From an archaeon (GTDB lineage: Archaea > Iainarchaeota > Iainarchaeia > Iainarchaeales > 0-14-0-20-34-12), in the NCBI GenBank assembly GCA_038046645.1, contig JBBSVU010000010.1, forward strand, positions 1-49,524: DNA of 49,524 bases, read 5' to 3'. The position numbers and the translations under genes were made by a program. The notes under the pieces are model-generated. The model had not been told where the DNA came from. It did not search any database and worked only from the letters and a program-made list of their open reading frames with translations. Every line of letters begins with the position of its first letter. The stretch's first letter is position 1. Positions 1-9,716 of the stretch are shown here, piece by piece.

Positions 1-287
1 CAGCAAGAAACATAATGGATGCTTCTTGGAACTCTTTTTTACAGATGTTAAGATACAAGGCTGAAAGCGCTGGTACTTCATTTGTAAAAGTAGACCCAAG
101 GGATACAACAAGCAAATGTTACAAGTGCGGAACAATAGTTAAAAAACAATTGTATGAACGAATACATAAATGCTCATGTGGCCTTGAGATAGATAGAGAC
201 TACAATGCAGCATTGAATATATTAAAATTGGGTCTGGACAAGGCCTGTATGCCTTTGGAGCTTCCTGTTAAGGAAGCAATGAATTAG
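1..287 (+). CDS. tnpB: TnpB (IS200/IS605-family RNA-guided nuclease), C-terminal part, truncated by window edge
   Basis: Frame open from the window start: ARNIMDASW..F..ML.YKA, VDPRDTTSKCYKCG...KCSCG Zn ribbon and RuvC-III DRDYNAALNI. Confidence 0.92.
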   Translation, partial: ARNIMDASWNSFLQMLRYKAESAGTSFVKVDPRDTTSKCYKCGTIVKKQLYERIHKCSCGLEIDRDYNAALNILKLGLDKACMPLELPVKEAMN

Positions 288-321
288 GAAGCCACAGCCT
301 TTAGGCTGTGGAGGATGTCAC
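229..321 (+). mobile_element. IS200/IS605 right end / omega(re)RNA scaffold overlapping the tnpB 3' end
   Basis: GGAAGCCACAGCCT-TT-AGGCTGTGGAGGATGTCAC: subterminal hairpin 292-311 then terminal TCAC 318-321, typical of tnpB right ends; 5' boundary approximate. Confidence 0.8.
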
Positions 322-481
322 CGAATTTCAGTATTACCAATATGGCACACAATTTGTTTAAAATACTTATATTGCGGCTTATGGGCGGCTTTTTCAGGAA
401 GATTTGCCTGTTTAAATTCCTTAAACAATTGCAATTCCCTTTAATCACACTTTTTAAACATTTTTCAACTAGATTTTCTTT

Positions 482-904
482 ATGTATCGGCGAGCGCAGT
501 TCAAGGTTGTAATCCAGAAAGTGGAAAAGCCATTGTCAAATAGGGCAGATGAAGAATTAAATTGGATTTGCAGAAGCCTGGGCTTTTTCGAGCCAATTGA
601 CAAGGAAAAGACAGCTGCCTGTGTTTTCCGAGAAATAGTAAAAAGCACAATCCACGAAAAACCTTTAAGTTCTACAGAAATATCCAAAAAGGTGAAGATG
701 AGCCGAGGCGCTGTAATCAATCACTTAAACAGGCTGTCAAGGTCTGGCCTGGTTGAAAAACAGGGAAGATATTATTTTGCAAGGTCAAAAAGTGTTGTAA
801 CGACTATTTCTGAATTAGAGGAAGAGATTGAATTTATAATGAAAAGGATGCGCACAATTGCAAAGAATATTGATAAGGAATTTGGCTTAGAAGTTGAAGA
901 CTAA
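482..904 (+). CDS. winged-helix (ArsR/HTH-like) transcriptional regulator
   Basis: LSSTEISKKVKMSRGAVINHLNRLSRSGLVEK HTH followed by a coiled-coil C-terminus. Confidence 0.8.
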   Translation: MYRRAQFKVVIQKVEKPLSNRADEELNWICRSLGFFEPIDKEKTAACVFREIVKSTIHEKPLSSTEISKKVKMSRGAVINHLNRLSRSGLVEKQGRYYFARSKSVVTTISELEEEIEFIMKRMRTIAKNIDKEFGLEVED

Positions 905-939
905 GCATATTGGCGCATAAATCACACCCAAAAACTAAC

Positions 940-1057
940 TCACAACGTTTGGCTTGTAAAACCAATGTAATTATGCATTGGTTAAGTAAGAATTTTTTAA
1001 TTTAACACTGTGTTTTACAAGCCCACGCCTAAAAGCGTGGGTTCCCAAACGTTGTGA
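940..1057. repeat. 118-nt nested inverted-repeat element (attC-like or MITE-like)
   Basis: TCACAACGTTTGG 940-952 / CCAAACGTTGTGA 1045-1057; GGCTTGTAAAAC 951-962 / GTTTTACAAGCC 1012-1023; internal hairpins 960-983 and 1022-1041. Confidence 0.7.
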
Positions 1058-1093
1058 CATAACCTTTTTATATTCCTAATTTATTATTTATAC

Positions 1094-1627
1094 ATGGAAT
1101 CAAAGAAATTGAAAATATGCTCTTTTTTCATAATTGAATTAGTTCTAGCATTAATATTCCTTTATGTTTTAGGGAATATCGTGCAGGTTGATTTCTCAGC
1201 AAAAAAAGTAAGCTATGTTGGAACGCAAACTGATGTTGTTGTGTTAATTGGGATTGTACTTGTATTTTTGATTATCTTTTTCGCACTGAAAAAGAAGCAG
1301 CACTATTTGCATGATGCACAAAAAGAAGCATATGCTATCCTTAAATCAGCAGGCAAGGATAAAATAAAAGATGCAAAGCAAGACCCTAGAATAATCGCTT
1401 TGCTGGCAATAGAATTATTGTTTGCAGTGGTATTTGCGGTTTCAATCTCAGCATATTTAGATCCCGACTGGAGCATTATTCAGTGGGATAAGGTAGGGGT
1501 ATATCCGCCCTTTACAACCTTGCTAAATGGTGTTGTATTTATAGTAATTCTTGGGCTGTTTTTATATCTTTACAGTTTGACAAAGCCCTACAGAGAAATG
1601 AGAAAGGAACTGAAAAAGCAGAAATAA
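1094..1627 (+). CDS. hypothetical membrane protein (about 4 TM helices)
   Basis: Four hydrophobic segments in a 177-aa ORF. Confidence 0.7.
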   Translation: MESKKLKICSFFIIELVLALIFLYVLGNIVQVDFSAKKVSYVGTQTDVVVLIGIVLVFLIIFFALKKKQHYLHDAQKEAYAILKSAGKDKIKDAKQDPRIIALLAIELLFAVVFAVSISAYLDPDWSIIQWDKVGVYPPFTTLLNGVVFIVILGLFLYLYSLTKPYREMRKELKKQK

Positions 1628-1669
1628 AACTCATTTGTTAAATTAAGGCATTGCATATTTTCATATTAC

Positions 1670-2653
1670 TTATTTCCAATTCACATTAATATCATCAGCT
1701 CTCTGATTCGGCAGAATCTGTGTTTCTTTCATTTGCATCCTATTTCCGGCTTTGTGCATTATTATTCCTAGCCAGGCAATCATTGCTGCATTGTCTGTGC
1801 AAAATTGTGTTTCCGGAACAAATACTTTTGCACCCCGGCTTTCACACATTTCTGCCAGCATTTTCCTCAATGCCCTGCTTGCAGCCACCCCACCTGTCAA
1901 TAAAACCTCTTTTTTTTCGGTATGTGCTATAACCCTTTCTGTTACCTCGGTCAGCATTGCAAATGCATTATGCAGCAAGCTGTAGGAAACATCCTTTTCC
2001 GAATTATGCTTATCCAGCAATTTGTTTTTTGCCGCAGTCAAAAGCCCTGAAAAAGCAAGGTCAGAGCCTTTTACTGTGTAAGGCAATTCAATATATTTAT
2101 TGTTTTCCAAATACCAAGAATCAAGAGTAGGGCCGGCAGGAAACCCAATATTTAGTTCACGGCCAAAAGAATCCAAAAGATTTCCGATTCCAATATCAAT
2201 TGTTTCCCCAAATATTCGGTATCTGCAATTCTCAAATGCCATTATTTGGGTGTTTGCACCTGAAGCATAAACTATTACCGGGTCTTTTGCCTTTGTTTTT
2301 GCCAAGCCTATTTCAATATGCCCAACACAATGATTTACCCCTAATATTGGAATATTGTTCAATAAGGCAAGGGTTCTGGCTGTTATTGCCCCTACCTTTA
2401 AACAATTTCCTATCCCAGGGCCTTGCGAGAATGCAATTAAATCAATATCTTTTATTTTGCAGTTTGCCTTTTCCAAGGCGTTTTGGATAACTGTTTTTGA
2501 GATAGCATAATGATGGTCAGCAGCTTCCCTTGGCAAAATTCCGCCATGTTCTGGCTTGAATGCATCTTTCTCGTTTGCAAAAACATTGCATTTAGAATCC
2601 ACAATACTGCAGCCCAAGGTATGTGCAGTGCTTTCAATGCCTAAACATTTCAT
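1670..2653 (-). CDS. kae1: tRNA t6A threonylcarbamoyltransferase Kae1/TsaD
   Basis: LGIESTAHT, SQGPG, VNHCVGHIEIG, GETIDIGIGNLLD, TDNAAMIA motifs. Confidence 0.96.
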   Translation of the reverse strand: MKCLGIESTAHTLGCSIVDSKCNVFANEKDAFKPEHGGILPREAADHHYAISKTVIQNALEKANCKIKDIDLIAFSQGPGIGNCLKVGAITARTLALLNNIPILGVNHCVGHIEIGLAKTKAKDPVIVYASGANTQIMAFENCRYRIFGETIDIGIGNLLDSFGRELNIGFPAGPTLDSWYLENNKYIELPYTVKGSDLAFSGLLTAAKNKLLDKHNSEKDVSYSLLHNAFAMLTEVTERVIAHTEKKEVLLTGGVAASRALRKMLAEMCESRGAKVFVPETQFCTDNAAMIAWLGIIMHKAGNRMQMKETQILPNQRADDINVNWK

Positions 2654-2711
2654 ATTTTCACGCATTTAATTTTTTTAGTTATTTCATGCAATTTTTTGCA
2701 TATTTATTTTT

Positions 2712-3326
2712 TCAGAAGATTTTCTTTTTCAATGCTTTTTCAATCATTTCCTTTTTTATTAATCCTTGCCTTATTATTTTGTTTTCTGTTGTGTCATAAA
2801 TTGTTGACGGTTTTTTATTTTTTAGATTTCCAGCAGTGAAAATTAAATCAACATGCTTATCAAATGCAAAGAGCTCTTTTTCAGCATAGATATTTTCCCT
2901 GCCAGAAAGATTTGCACTTGTTGATATTACTGGGCAGTTTATTGCTCGGCTTAATTCACATGCAAATTTATTCGAGGAAATCCTGAATGCTACCTTGGTT
3001 TCACCAATTTCTTTTGGCATTCTTTTTTTTCCATTGACAATTAAGGTTAATGGCCCTGGCATGAATTTATTGACCAATTTTCTAGCATCCTGGTTTAATT
3101 CAAAGAAATCGTAAGCCATTTTTTTGCTTGCAACAATAACTGGTAATTTTTTATCCTTACCCCGCTTTTTAATTTGAAAAATTTTTTTTATCGCATTTTT
3201 GCAGTTAAATTTACAGCCTAAACCGTAGCTTGTTTCCGTAGGGTATATCACTATGCCGCAGTTTTCAAGTATTTCTTTGCCTAAATTTGCAGCCATCATG
3301 CTGTTTTTGCCTATTCTGATTATCAT
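2712..3326 (-). CDS. tsaC: L-threonylcarbamoyladenylate synthase (YrdC/TsaC/Sua5 catalytic domain only)
   Basis: YPTETSYGLG, KKR..K, PGPLT, STSANLSG, PSTI motifs. Confidence 0.93.
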   Translation of the reverse strand: MIIRIGKNSMMAANLGKEILENCGIVIYPTETSYGLGCKFNCKNAIKKIFQIKKRGKDKKLPVIVASKKMAYDFFELNQDARKLVNKFMPGPLTLIVNGKKRMPKEIGETKVAFRISSNKFACELSRAINCPVISTSANLSGRENIYAEKELFAFDKHVDLIFTAGNLKNKKPSTIYDTTENKIIRQGLIKKEMIEKALKKKIF

Positions 3327-3877
3327 AAGATCCCCATAATTGTAAGGATTATTGCATTATATATCAGGTGCGCAAGGATGTTTGGAAATAAATTTTTATT
3401 GTCCTTGGCTGATTTTCCCAAAATTAATCCAAGGAAGAATGCTCCTATTACCTCTATGTTTGATTCATAGCTGTAATGCAGTATTGCAAAGAGGAATGCC
3501 TGGAAAAAGTTCCCAAGCTTATGCAGTAAAAATCCCCTAAAAAATATTTCCTCGCAAATAACCCTTACTATTACCAAATATGCAAGGATGAAAGGGCCTT
3601 CAGCCATAATTGACTGTATTTTATCACTTATGATTTCGGAATCATTTAAACCTAAATAGTTGCTTATTAGGCCTATTATAAATAAAGCTAAAAAAAGTTT
3701 TACTAGCAGAATTATTGTTTTTTTGATTAAATCAAAAGCATCAATTTTTGTTAGCCCAAAGCTGTGCAAAATTTCAATGAATTTCTTCGGGTTCAAGGGT
3801 TTTTTTATCTTTAATTCGTTTGCCCTGAACCATATTGGAAATCCGATAAAAAACAGATCGATTAAGTAGTTCAGCAT
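3323..3877 (-). CDS. CPBP (Abi/CAAX-like) intramembrane glutamic protease
   Basis: EEIFFRG, FAILH, HLIYN motifs with TM helices. Confidence 0.9.
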   Translation of the reverse strand: MLNYLIDLFFIGFPIWFRANELKIKKPLNPKKFIEILHSFGLTKIDAFDLIKKTIILLVKLFLALFIIGLISNYLGLNDSEIISDKIQSIMAEGPFILAYLVIVRVICEEIFFRGFLLHKLGNFFQAFLFAILHYSYESNIEVIGAFFLGLILGKSAKDNKNLFPNILAHLIYNAIILTIMGIL

Positions 3878-3882
3878 AATGC

Positions 3883-4056
3883 TTATTTCTTGATTTCAGT
3901 ATATCCACAAGCACCGCAACTATGCCTGTCCTTATGTTCAGCCATAAAGACTCCAGCTCCGCATTTTGGGCAGCTCTTTTTTGCCCTTTTTATTGAATCG
4001 CCCTCAAGTTTATAGTAGCTTGCTTTTGAATTCTTTTTTTTCTTTTTTTCAGCCAT
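3883..4056 (-). CDS. rps27ae: 30S ribosomal protein S27ae (eS31)
   Basis: [26 protein letters not shown]. Confidence 0.95.
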   Translation of the reverse strand: MAEKKKKKNSKASYYKLEGDSIKRAKKSCPKCGAGVFMAEHKDRHSCGACGYTEIKK

Positions 4057-4104
4057 AATTTTCACTTTTTAATTATTTTTGGGGAAACCCCTATACTGAT
4101 TTTT

Positions 4105-4449
4105 TTACTTTTTCTTTTTTTCCTTTGCCTCTGCTGCAGGGGCTTCTTCCTTTTTTGTTTCAGGCTTTTTCTCTGCGCCGAAATGCTTTATCACAACAGG
4201 CTTTACCTCTACCATTTTCAAATACTCTTTGTTTGGGTATATCCTTGCTTCAGCTTTTGCCTTTGTTTCACCAAATCTGTGTGATATTACCCCGATAATG
4301 ACATTTTCTTCATTTGCATTTTTCATGGCAGCAATCTTCTTTATGAGATCTTTCCTGCTAGGGCTTGTTTTCATGCCGTTGATTTCAAACCTTAATTCTT
4401 TCCTATTTAGTATTTTATTGTCCTTTTCATCCAAAATTTTTATATCCAT
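4105..4449 (-). CDS. rps24e: 30S ribosomal protein S24e
   Basis: NKILNRKE, TSPSRKDL, FG motif; conserved position after spt4. Confidence 0.92.
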   Translation of the reverse strand: MDIKILDEKDNKILNRKELRFEINGMKTSPSRKDLIKKIAAMKNANEENVIIGVISHRFGETKAKAEARIYPNKEYLKMVEVKPVVIKHFGAEKKPETKKEEAPAAEAKEKKKK

Positions 4450-4459
4450 CAAAGTCACC

Positions 4460-4663
4460 TTATCTGCTAAGCCTTAGTGCATGCTTTCCTATTTGCCCAA
4501 TGCCCATCTTTTTTGCAATCTCTGATTTTTCAGGGTCAAGAATCACAACATATCCTTTCCAGAATGTAGTAAATGATTTGCCATGGCAGGCAGGGCATTC
4601 ATTGCCTTCTTCAATTACCTTTCTGCAGTCCCGGCATGCTTTTCCATAATTAGCCATAATCAT
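4460..4663 (-). CDS. spt4: transcription elongation factor Spt4 (RpoE2)
   Basis: KACRDC..CPAC..WKGYVVILDPEKSEIAKK. Confidence 0.95.
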   Translation of the reverse strand: MIMANYGKACRDCRKVIEEGNECPACHGKSFTTFWKGYVVILDPEKSEIAKKMGIGQIGKHALRLSR

Positions 4664-4678
4664 CCACCTTTAAAAAAA

Positions 4679-5320
4679 TTATTTTTTCCTTTCTTTTGCC
4701 TCTTTTTTCCTTTCTGGTTTTTCCTCAGTTTTTCTTGCTTCCTTTCCTTTCTTAGGTTTTTCATTGCCTTCTTTCAAATCTTTTATTTCAGTTTCAACCC
4801 ATTCTTTTTTCCCGAGGAAAGGCTGCCTCATTGTCAAGCCAATCTTTGAATCAGCTATTGTGCTTTTTAGGCTGATTGTGACAACCCTTGCAAAGACGCT
4901 ATCTTCCTTGCCCAAGCTTCTTTTAGTTTCCTTTCCAACAAAAGAATTATTCTTAGAATCATAATCTATGTATTCATCCATCATTTGGCTTACATGCACA
5001 AGGCCTTCCATAGGCCCAACACTTACAAATGCGCCAAATTCAGTTGTTTCATTCACAATCCCTTCAATTAATTCGTGCATTGACGGCTTGTAAACAAGCA
5101 TATCTGCTTCGGTTTCATAATATGCAGCGCCATCCCCTAAAACAACATGCCCATGGCCTGTCTTTTTTGTATTTGTTACTGCAATAACAATTCCTACGTC
5201 TTCGTCAATCACTCCTTCATATTGTTCCCTAGTCAAATCCAATATTGCCTGGTCCAAATCCTTTCCGAACCTTTGCGGTGGAATCCTTATTTTATCCTTA
5301 ACCTTAACAATCTTGTACAT
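4679..5320 (-). CDS. rpoE1: RNA polymerase subunit Rpo7 (E')
   Basis: IRIPP, GDGAAY, EFGAFV..GPMEGLVHVSQ, KIGLTMRQPFLGK. Confidence 0.96.
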   Translation of the reverse strand: MYKIVKVKDKIRIPPQRFGKDLDQAILDLTREQYEGVIDEDVGIVIAVTNTKKTGHGHVVLGDGAAYYETEADMLVYKPSMHELIEGIVNETTEFGAFVSVGPMEGLVHVSQMMDEYIDYDSKNNSFVGKETKRSLGKEDSVFARVVTISLKSTIADSKIGLTMRQPFLGKKEWVETEIKDLKEGNEKPKKGKEARKTEEKPERKKEAKERKK

Positions 5321-5425
5321 TTTAGCACCTTCAATATAATCTTTGAAAGATAATAATTATTTAATATAATAATATATATAGCCTGCGATTATGTATATAT
5401 TTAAACCCTTTTATGTGAAATTGGC

Positions 5426-5800
5426 TTATCCTGCTTCCAAGTATTTATTTTGCCTCAGATAAATTAACCTTGCACCATATCCTTTTATACGTTTCTTCAG
5501 CAGCCTGTCAGCAGTAGCTATTGTATAACCCTGCTTTGCAAGCTCAACCAAGGAAGCATCTGCTGTTTTTGCTTCTGTCCTGATTATTTGTATCTTTTTC
5601 TTCTTTAATAGCTCTCTTGCTATATTCACTTCTTTTTTGTATTTTTCAGATAATTTATCCAATTCAGCATCTATTGCTTCTGTTATTGCGAAGGTTGTTT
5701 TCCCAACCAATTTTTCTATTTCATTAAATACATCAATCTTATGCTGGCTTATTGCAAATAAAATATTTGTGTCAATAGCAACAATATTTTCATTTTTCAT
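5426..5800 (-). CDS. PIN-domain ribonuclease (Fcf1/Utp24-like)
   Basis: IDTN, AD, ATAD..LK motifs; conserved position downstream of aIF2g. Confidence 0.85.
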   Translation of the reverse strand: MKNENIVAIDTNILFAISQHKIDVFNEIEKLVGKTTFAITEAIDAELDKLSEKYKKEVNIARELLKKKKIQIIRTEAKTADASLVELAKQGYTIATADRLLKKRIKGYGARLIYLRQNKYLEAG

Positions 5801-7044
5801 TTGACTACTCCATAGCCAATTAATCTCCATTTAAGCATCTTCTTTTTGCTTATTGCAATTTTCTGCCCTTTTTCGACAACCATTGCATTGTTCAGAATAC
5901 AGGAAATATTCTTGCCTTTTATATTCTTTATTGTGGCAATAGTCGGCATTGCCCCGATAACCAAAACAATCTGTTCATTTATTGTTAAAGTATATTCTTC
6001 ATTTATCAGGGTGCGGTCTAGCTGGTTGAATTCAAATTCAATATTTTTTATGGGATCCCCCATTAATCCTGGAGCAGCAATTATTTGGCCCCTTAATTTA
6101 TCGCTTCCCACAATGCTAGGGTCTAAGGCTGTTTCTATTGCAAGTAACCCGCCTGCCCTTGCTGTTTTAATTCTTCCCTTGCTTGTGCTTATGCCCCTTA
6201 CTTCTGTTAAAAATTTCTTATTTTCCAGTCCTGGCAATATCTCTACCTTATCCCCTATGCTTAATTTCCCTTGTATTACTGATCCGCCTAAAATTCCGCC
6301 TTTCATGTCCTTTGCCTTTGTCCCAGGCTTATTTATATCAAAAGAGCGTACACAAAACATTTTCATTGGCTTGTCAACAGAATATTTTGGGCTCGGGATA
6401 TATTTCTCAATTGCATCAATTAAATATGACAAATCTATCCTTTGGTTTGCTGTTGTCGGGATAATTTTAGCATCTTTATATGGAGTTTTTGCAAGGAAAT
6501 CCTTTATCTGTTTGTAATTTTTCAAAGCCTCTTCCTTGCTTACCAAATCAACTTTATTTTGTGCAATTATGAGATTTTTTACCCCATTAATTGTAATTGC
6601 TGCCATATGCTCAATTGTTTGGGGTTGTGGGCACTCTTCATTTGCAGCTATCACTAATATGGCACCATCCATTATTATTGCCCCGCTCAACATTGTCATC
6701 ATCAAGGTTTCATGGCCAGGTGCATCAACAAATGAAACAGTCCTTAAATATTCTGATTTCCCTTTGCAGTTTGGGCAGGTTTTTTCCACAGCATATGCAT
6801 CATTCCCCTTGCATTTCCCGCATTTATATATATCAACATCAGCATACCCTATTCTGATAGAGATGCCTCGTTTCAATTCCTCGCTGTGCGTATCAGTCCA
6901 AACCCCTGTAATTGCTTTAACCAGGCTTGTTTTTCCAGAATCAACATGGCCTATCATGCCTATGTTTACCTCTGGCTGAGCCATTTCTTTGCTCTCTTTT
7001 GGCTCTTTGATGTCCTTATCTTTTTTTGGTTTTGCTTCTTTCAT
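5797..7044 (-). CDS. eif2g: translation initiation factor 2 gamma subunit (aIF2g)
   Basis: QPEVNIGMIGHVDSGKT, EELKRGISIRIGY, DAPGHE, RSFDINKPG, WRLIGYG; start uncertain (6984-7071). Confidence 0.96.
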   Translation of the reverse strand: MKEAKPKKDKDIKEPKESKEMAQPEVNIGMIGHVDSGKTSLVKAITGVWTDTHSEELKRGISIRIGYADVDIYKCGKCKGNDAYAVEKTCPNCKGKSEYLRTVSFVDAPGHETLMMTMLSGAIIMDGAILVIAANEECPQPQTIEHMAAITINGVKNLIIAQNKVDLVSKEEALKNYKQIKDFLAKTPYKDAKIIPTTANQRIDLSYLIDAIEKYIPSPKYSVDKPMKMFCVRSFDINKPGTKAKDMKGGILGGSVIQGKLSIGDKVEILPGLENKKFLTEVRGISTSKGRIKTARAGGLLAIETALDPSIVGSDKLRGQIIAAPGLMGDPIKNIEFEFNQLDRTLINEEYTLTINEQIVLVIGAMPTIATIKNIKGKNISCILNNAMVVEKGQKIAISKKKMLKWRLIGYGVVK

Positions 7045-7085
7045 TAAATCATAACCTATTCTTTGTTGCATTTTTTGCTATAAGT

Positions 7086-7475
7086 TTATTTGGCTTCTTC
7101 TTTTGGCTTTTCCTTTGGCGGGAATATTTCCTCGAGTTTTTTTGAGCCTTTTTTTGTTACCTTTACATTTAACTGGTGTATCTCTGCGCTTACAGTATTT
7201 CCTCTTACAGTCCTTTTTACCCTTATTCCCTTTACCTTGCTTCTGAATCCTACCCCCGGGGTTATTAATTTCTTTTTTCTGCCGCTGCTATCCAGCTTTG
7301 AATTCATGGGTATGCCGTCCTTATCACTGCCTCCAGTAATAATTCCTTCATATCCTTCCAAACCAATTTCTCCAAGGTTTATTTTGTCTTTTATTTTTTT
7401 GCCAACATAAGCCGGCTTTTCCATTTTTTTGCTATACGCTTTCCTTGTTTCAGGATCTGATATGACAATATTCAT
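7086..7475 (-). CDS. rps6e: 30S ribosomal protein S6e
   Basis: ITGGSDKDGIPM, KRTVRGN, QLNVK. Confidence 0.95.
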   Translation of the reverse strand: MNIVISDPETRKAYSKKMEKPAYVGKKIKDKINLGEIGLEGYEGIITGGSDKDGIPMNSKLDSSGRKKKLITPGVGFRSKVKGIRVKRTVRGNTVSAEIHQLNVKVTKKGSKKLEEIFPPKEKPKEEAK

Positions 7476-7507
7476 TTAATTCACCTGCATCAATAATTAT
7501 TCATTTT

Positions 7508-9256
7508 TTATTCTTCTTCTTTTGTTTTGGATGCTGAATTTTTTATCTCTTCAAATGTTTCCTTTGTTCCCTCATCCATCTCCAAATATTTTTCTATATC
7601 CGCAAACTGCTTTTCCGGAATATAAACATAAAGGACATCCTTTTCTTTAAAATGCTTGTCTGCAATTGCTTTGCTCACAGATACCGCAATTCTTTCCCCG
7701 GCCTTTGCCTTATCTATGTTTTTGCCTTCATTCTGCAAGGATTCAATTAACCCTATTATTTTCCCCTTATTTACTAGCAGTACCTTTGGTTTTAAAATGC
7801 CAGAAATCACTTCGATGCCAAATACCGCTGGCCCAGAATTTCTGAAAATATGCCCTGGCAATACCCTTATTTTTGCAGGATATATAAGTTGTGCTTGCTT
7901 GATCTCTTTCTCATGCTTCTTCTGGTCTTCAACCCAAGCTTTGTATTCTTCCAATAAAGTGTATATTACATTTCCTTTAAATAACTTAATACCTAAAGTA
8001 TTTGCCTCTTCTTCTGCTGATTTTTCAATCTCAGAATTAAAACAAAAGATTACTGCATTGTACAGGTCATTTTCCTTTACGCTCATTGCTTCAATAACAT
8101 CTTTTTTTGTTACATTCCCGACATCTGCCTTCCTTACATTAATTCCGTTTTCTTTCATAAGGTGGACAAGTGCTTCCAAAGAGCCTAAGGCATCAACCTT
8201 TGCAATTACCCCTTCCTTTTCAGTATCAATCTTTATTGATTTTATCTCTTCCTGAATCATTTTTTTGTTTTCAGGAGAGCTTCCTTTTATTAATGGTGAG
8301 CCAGAAATAGCTTCTTCCAAATCTGGTGCGCTGATTTTTATGCCAGAGGCAGCAACTATTTCATCTATTGAATCAAACTTACTTTTCGGGTCCCTTATTT
8401 CTGACAACGGCTTTGGCTTTAACAATGCCCTTATCTTTGTTTCAATAGCGCCATTTTTCCCGCCAAGCACAATTGTATCCCCTACTTTTAATGATCCCTG
8501 ATATAAAATAACATCAATGGTTATTCCCAATCCCTTCTCTTCCTTTACCTCTAAAACAGTTCCTTTAGCTTCAGCATTTTCAGCAATTTCAAGTTCATCC
8601 TTTAAGAATTTTTGGCTTAATCCAGTAAGCATCATAAGAATTTCAGGAATGCCTTCCCCCACAATAGCAGAAATAGGCACAATTGCAACCTGTTTTTTAA
8701 AATCAGTTATCCTGTCAAACCTTTCTGCTTCAAATCCATAATTATAAAGATTAGCTACTATCTGGTATAATTTTTCATCCAATGCATTTTGCGCAGCTAT
8801 TGTTTGATTCTTTTCATTATCTAAAAAAGAGCCGGTTACAGAATTCCATTCATTTGTTTTATCAATCTTGTTTAATGCAACAATAAACGGAGTTTTATAT
8901 GTTTTCAAAATATTGATCGCTTCGATTGTCTGCGGTTGAAATCCTTGTGTTGAATCAACGACCAGAATTGCTAAATCAGCAATGCTACCGCCTCTTTTCC
9001 TTAAATTTGTAAATGCAGCATGCCCTGGTGTGTCTATAAACAAAAGCCCGGGTATTGTAACGGAAAACCCGAATTTCTTAATCAAAGTTCCTGATAGTTT
9101 ATCAATTATCCTTACTGGAACTTCAGTTGCGCCTATGTGCTGTGTTATTCTTCCTGCTTCCCTGTCGGCTAATGTTGTGCCTCTAATTCGATCAAGCAAT
9201 TTCGTTTTTCCGTGGTCTATGTGACCCAATACCGTAATAATAGGCTGCCTAATCAT
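7508..9256 (-). CDS. infB: translation initiation factor aIF5B (IF-2)
   Basis: IRQPIITVLGHIDHGKT, ITQHIGA, DTPGH..F.NLRKRGGSIAD, NKID. Confidence 0.97.
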   Translation of the reverse strand: MIRQPIITVLGHIDHGKTKLLDRIRGTTLADREAGRITQHIGATEVPVRIIDKLSGTLIKKFGFSVTIPGLLFIDTPGHAAFTNLRKRGGSIADLAILVVDSTQGFQPQTIEAINILKTYKTPFIVALNKIDKTNEWNSVTGSFLDNEKNQTIAAQNALDEKLYQIVANLYNYGFEAERFDRITDFKKQVAIVPISAIVGEGIPEILMMLTGLSQKFLKDELEIAENAEAKGTVLEVKEEKGLGITIDVILYQGSLKVGDTIVLGGKNGAIETKIRALLKPKPLSEIRDPKSKFDSIDEIVAASGIKISAPDLEEAISGSPLIKGSSPENKKMIQEEIKSIKIDTEKEGVIAKVDALGSLEALVHLMKENGINVRKADVGNVTKKDVIEAMSVKENDLYNAVIFCFNSEIEKSAEEEANTLGIKLFKGNVIYTLLEEYKAWVEDQKKHEKEIKQAQLIYPAKIRVLPGHIFRNSGPAVFGIEVISGILKPKVLLVNKGKIIGLIESLQNEGKNIDKAKAGERIAVSVSKAIADKHFKEKDVLYVYIPEKQFADIEKYLEMDEGTKETFEEIKNSASKTKEEE

Positions 9257-9271
9257 AATTTTTCCTCAATT

Positions 9272-9706
9272 TTAAGTTAATCCAGTGCTCCCAAACCCAT
9301 TTTCGTTCCTTTTTGTTTTGCTTAATTTTTCTACTATTTTTATTTTAGGTTTCTCAATTTTGTTAAATACCAATTGCGCTATCTTTGTGCCTTTTTTAAT
9401 CTCATAAGGCTCTTTTCCCAGATTTATTAAAATTACCTTTATCTCCCCACGGTAATTAGGGTCAATTGTCCCAGGGGTATTAAGGACAGTGAGGCCATAT
9501 TTTAGTGCTAGGCCGCTTTTTGGCCTTACCTGGCCTTCAATATTTTTTGGCAATTCAATCCTGATGCCTGTGCTTATGCATTTTATCTCACAAGATTTTA
9601 ACACAGAATCCTCATCTGAAAATAAATCTAGGCCAGCGTCTTCCTTGTGCGCATATTCAGGAATCCTTGCGCTTTCAGTTATTTTGTTAATTAATACATT
9701 AGCCAT
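9272..9706 (-). CDS. dut: trimeric dUTPase
   Basis: AGLDL, PKSGLA, GTIDPNYRGEI, IAQLV, RNENGFGSTG. Confidence 0.95.
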   Translation of the reverse strand: MANVLINKITESARIPEYAHKEDAGLDLFSDEDSVLKSCEIKCISTGIRIELPKNIEGQVRPKSGLALKYGLTVLNTPGTIDPNYRGEIKVILINLGKEPYEIKKGTKIAQLVFNKIEKPKIKIVEKLSKTKRNENGFGSTGLT

Positions 9707-9716
9707 TTTCTCCAAC

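Noticed and set aside
315..720. ORFs 315-512 (+) and 469-720 (-)
   Set aside because: They overlap the IS end, promoter region and HTH gene, with no recognisable features
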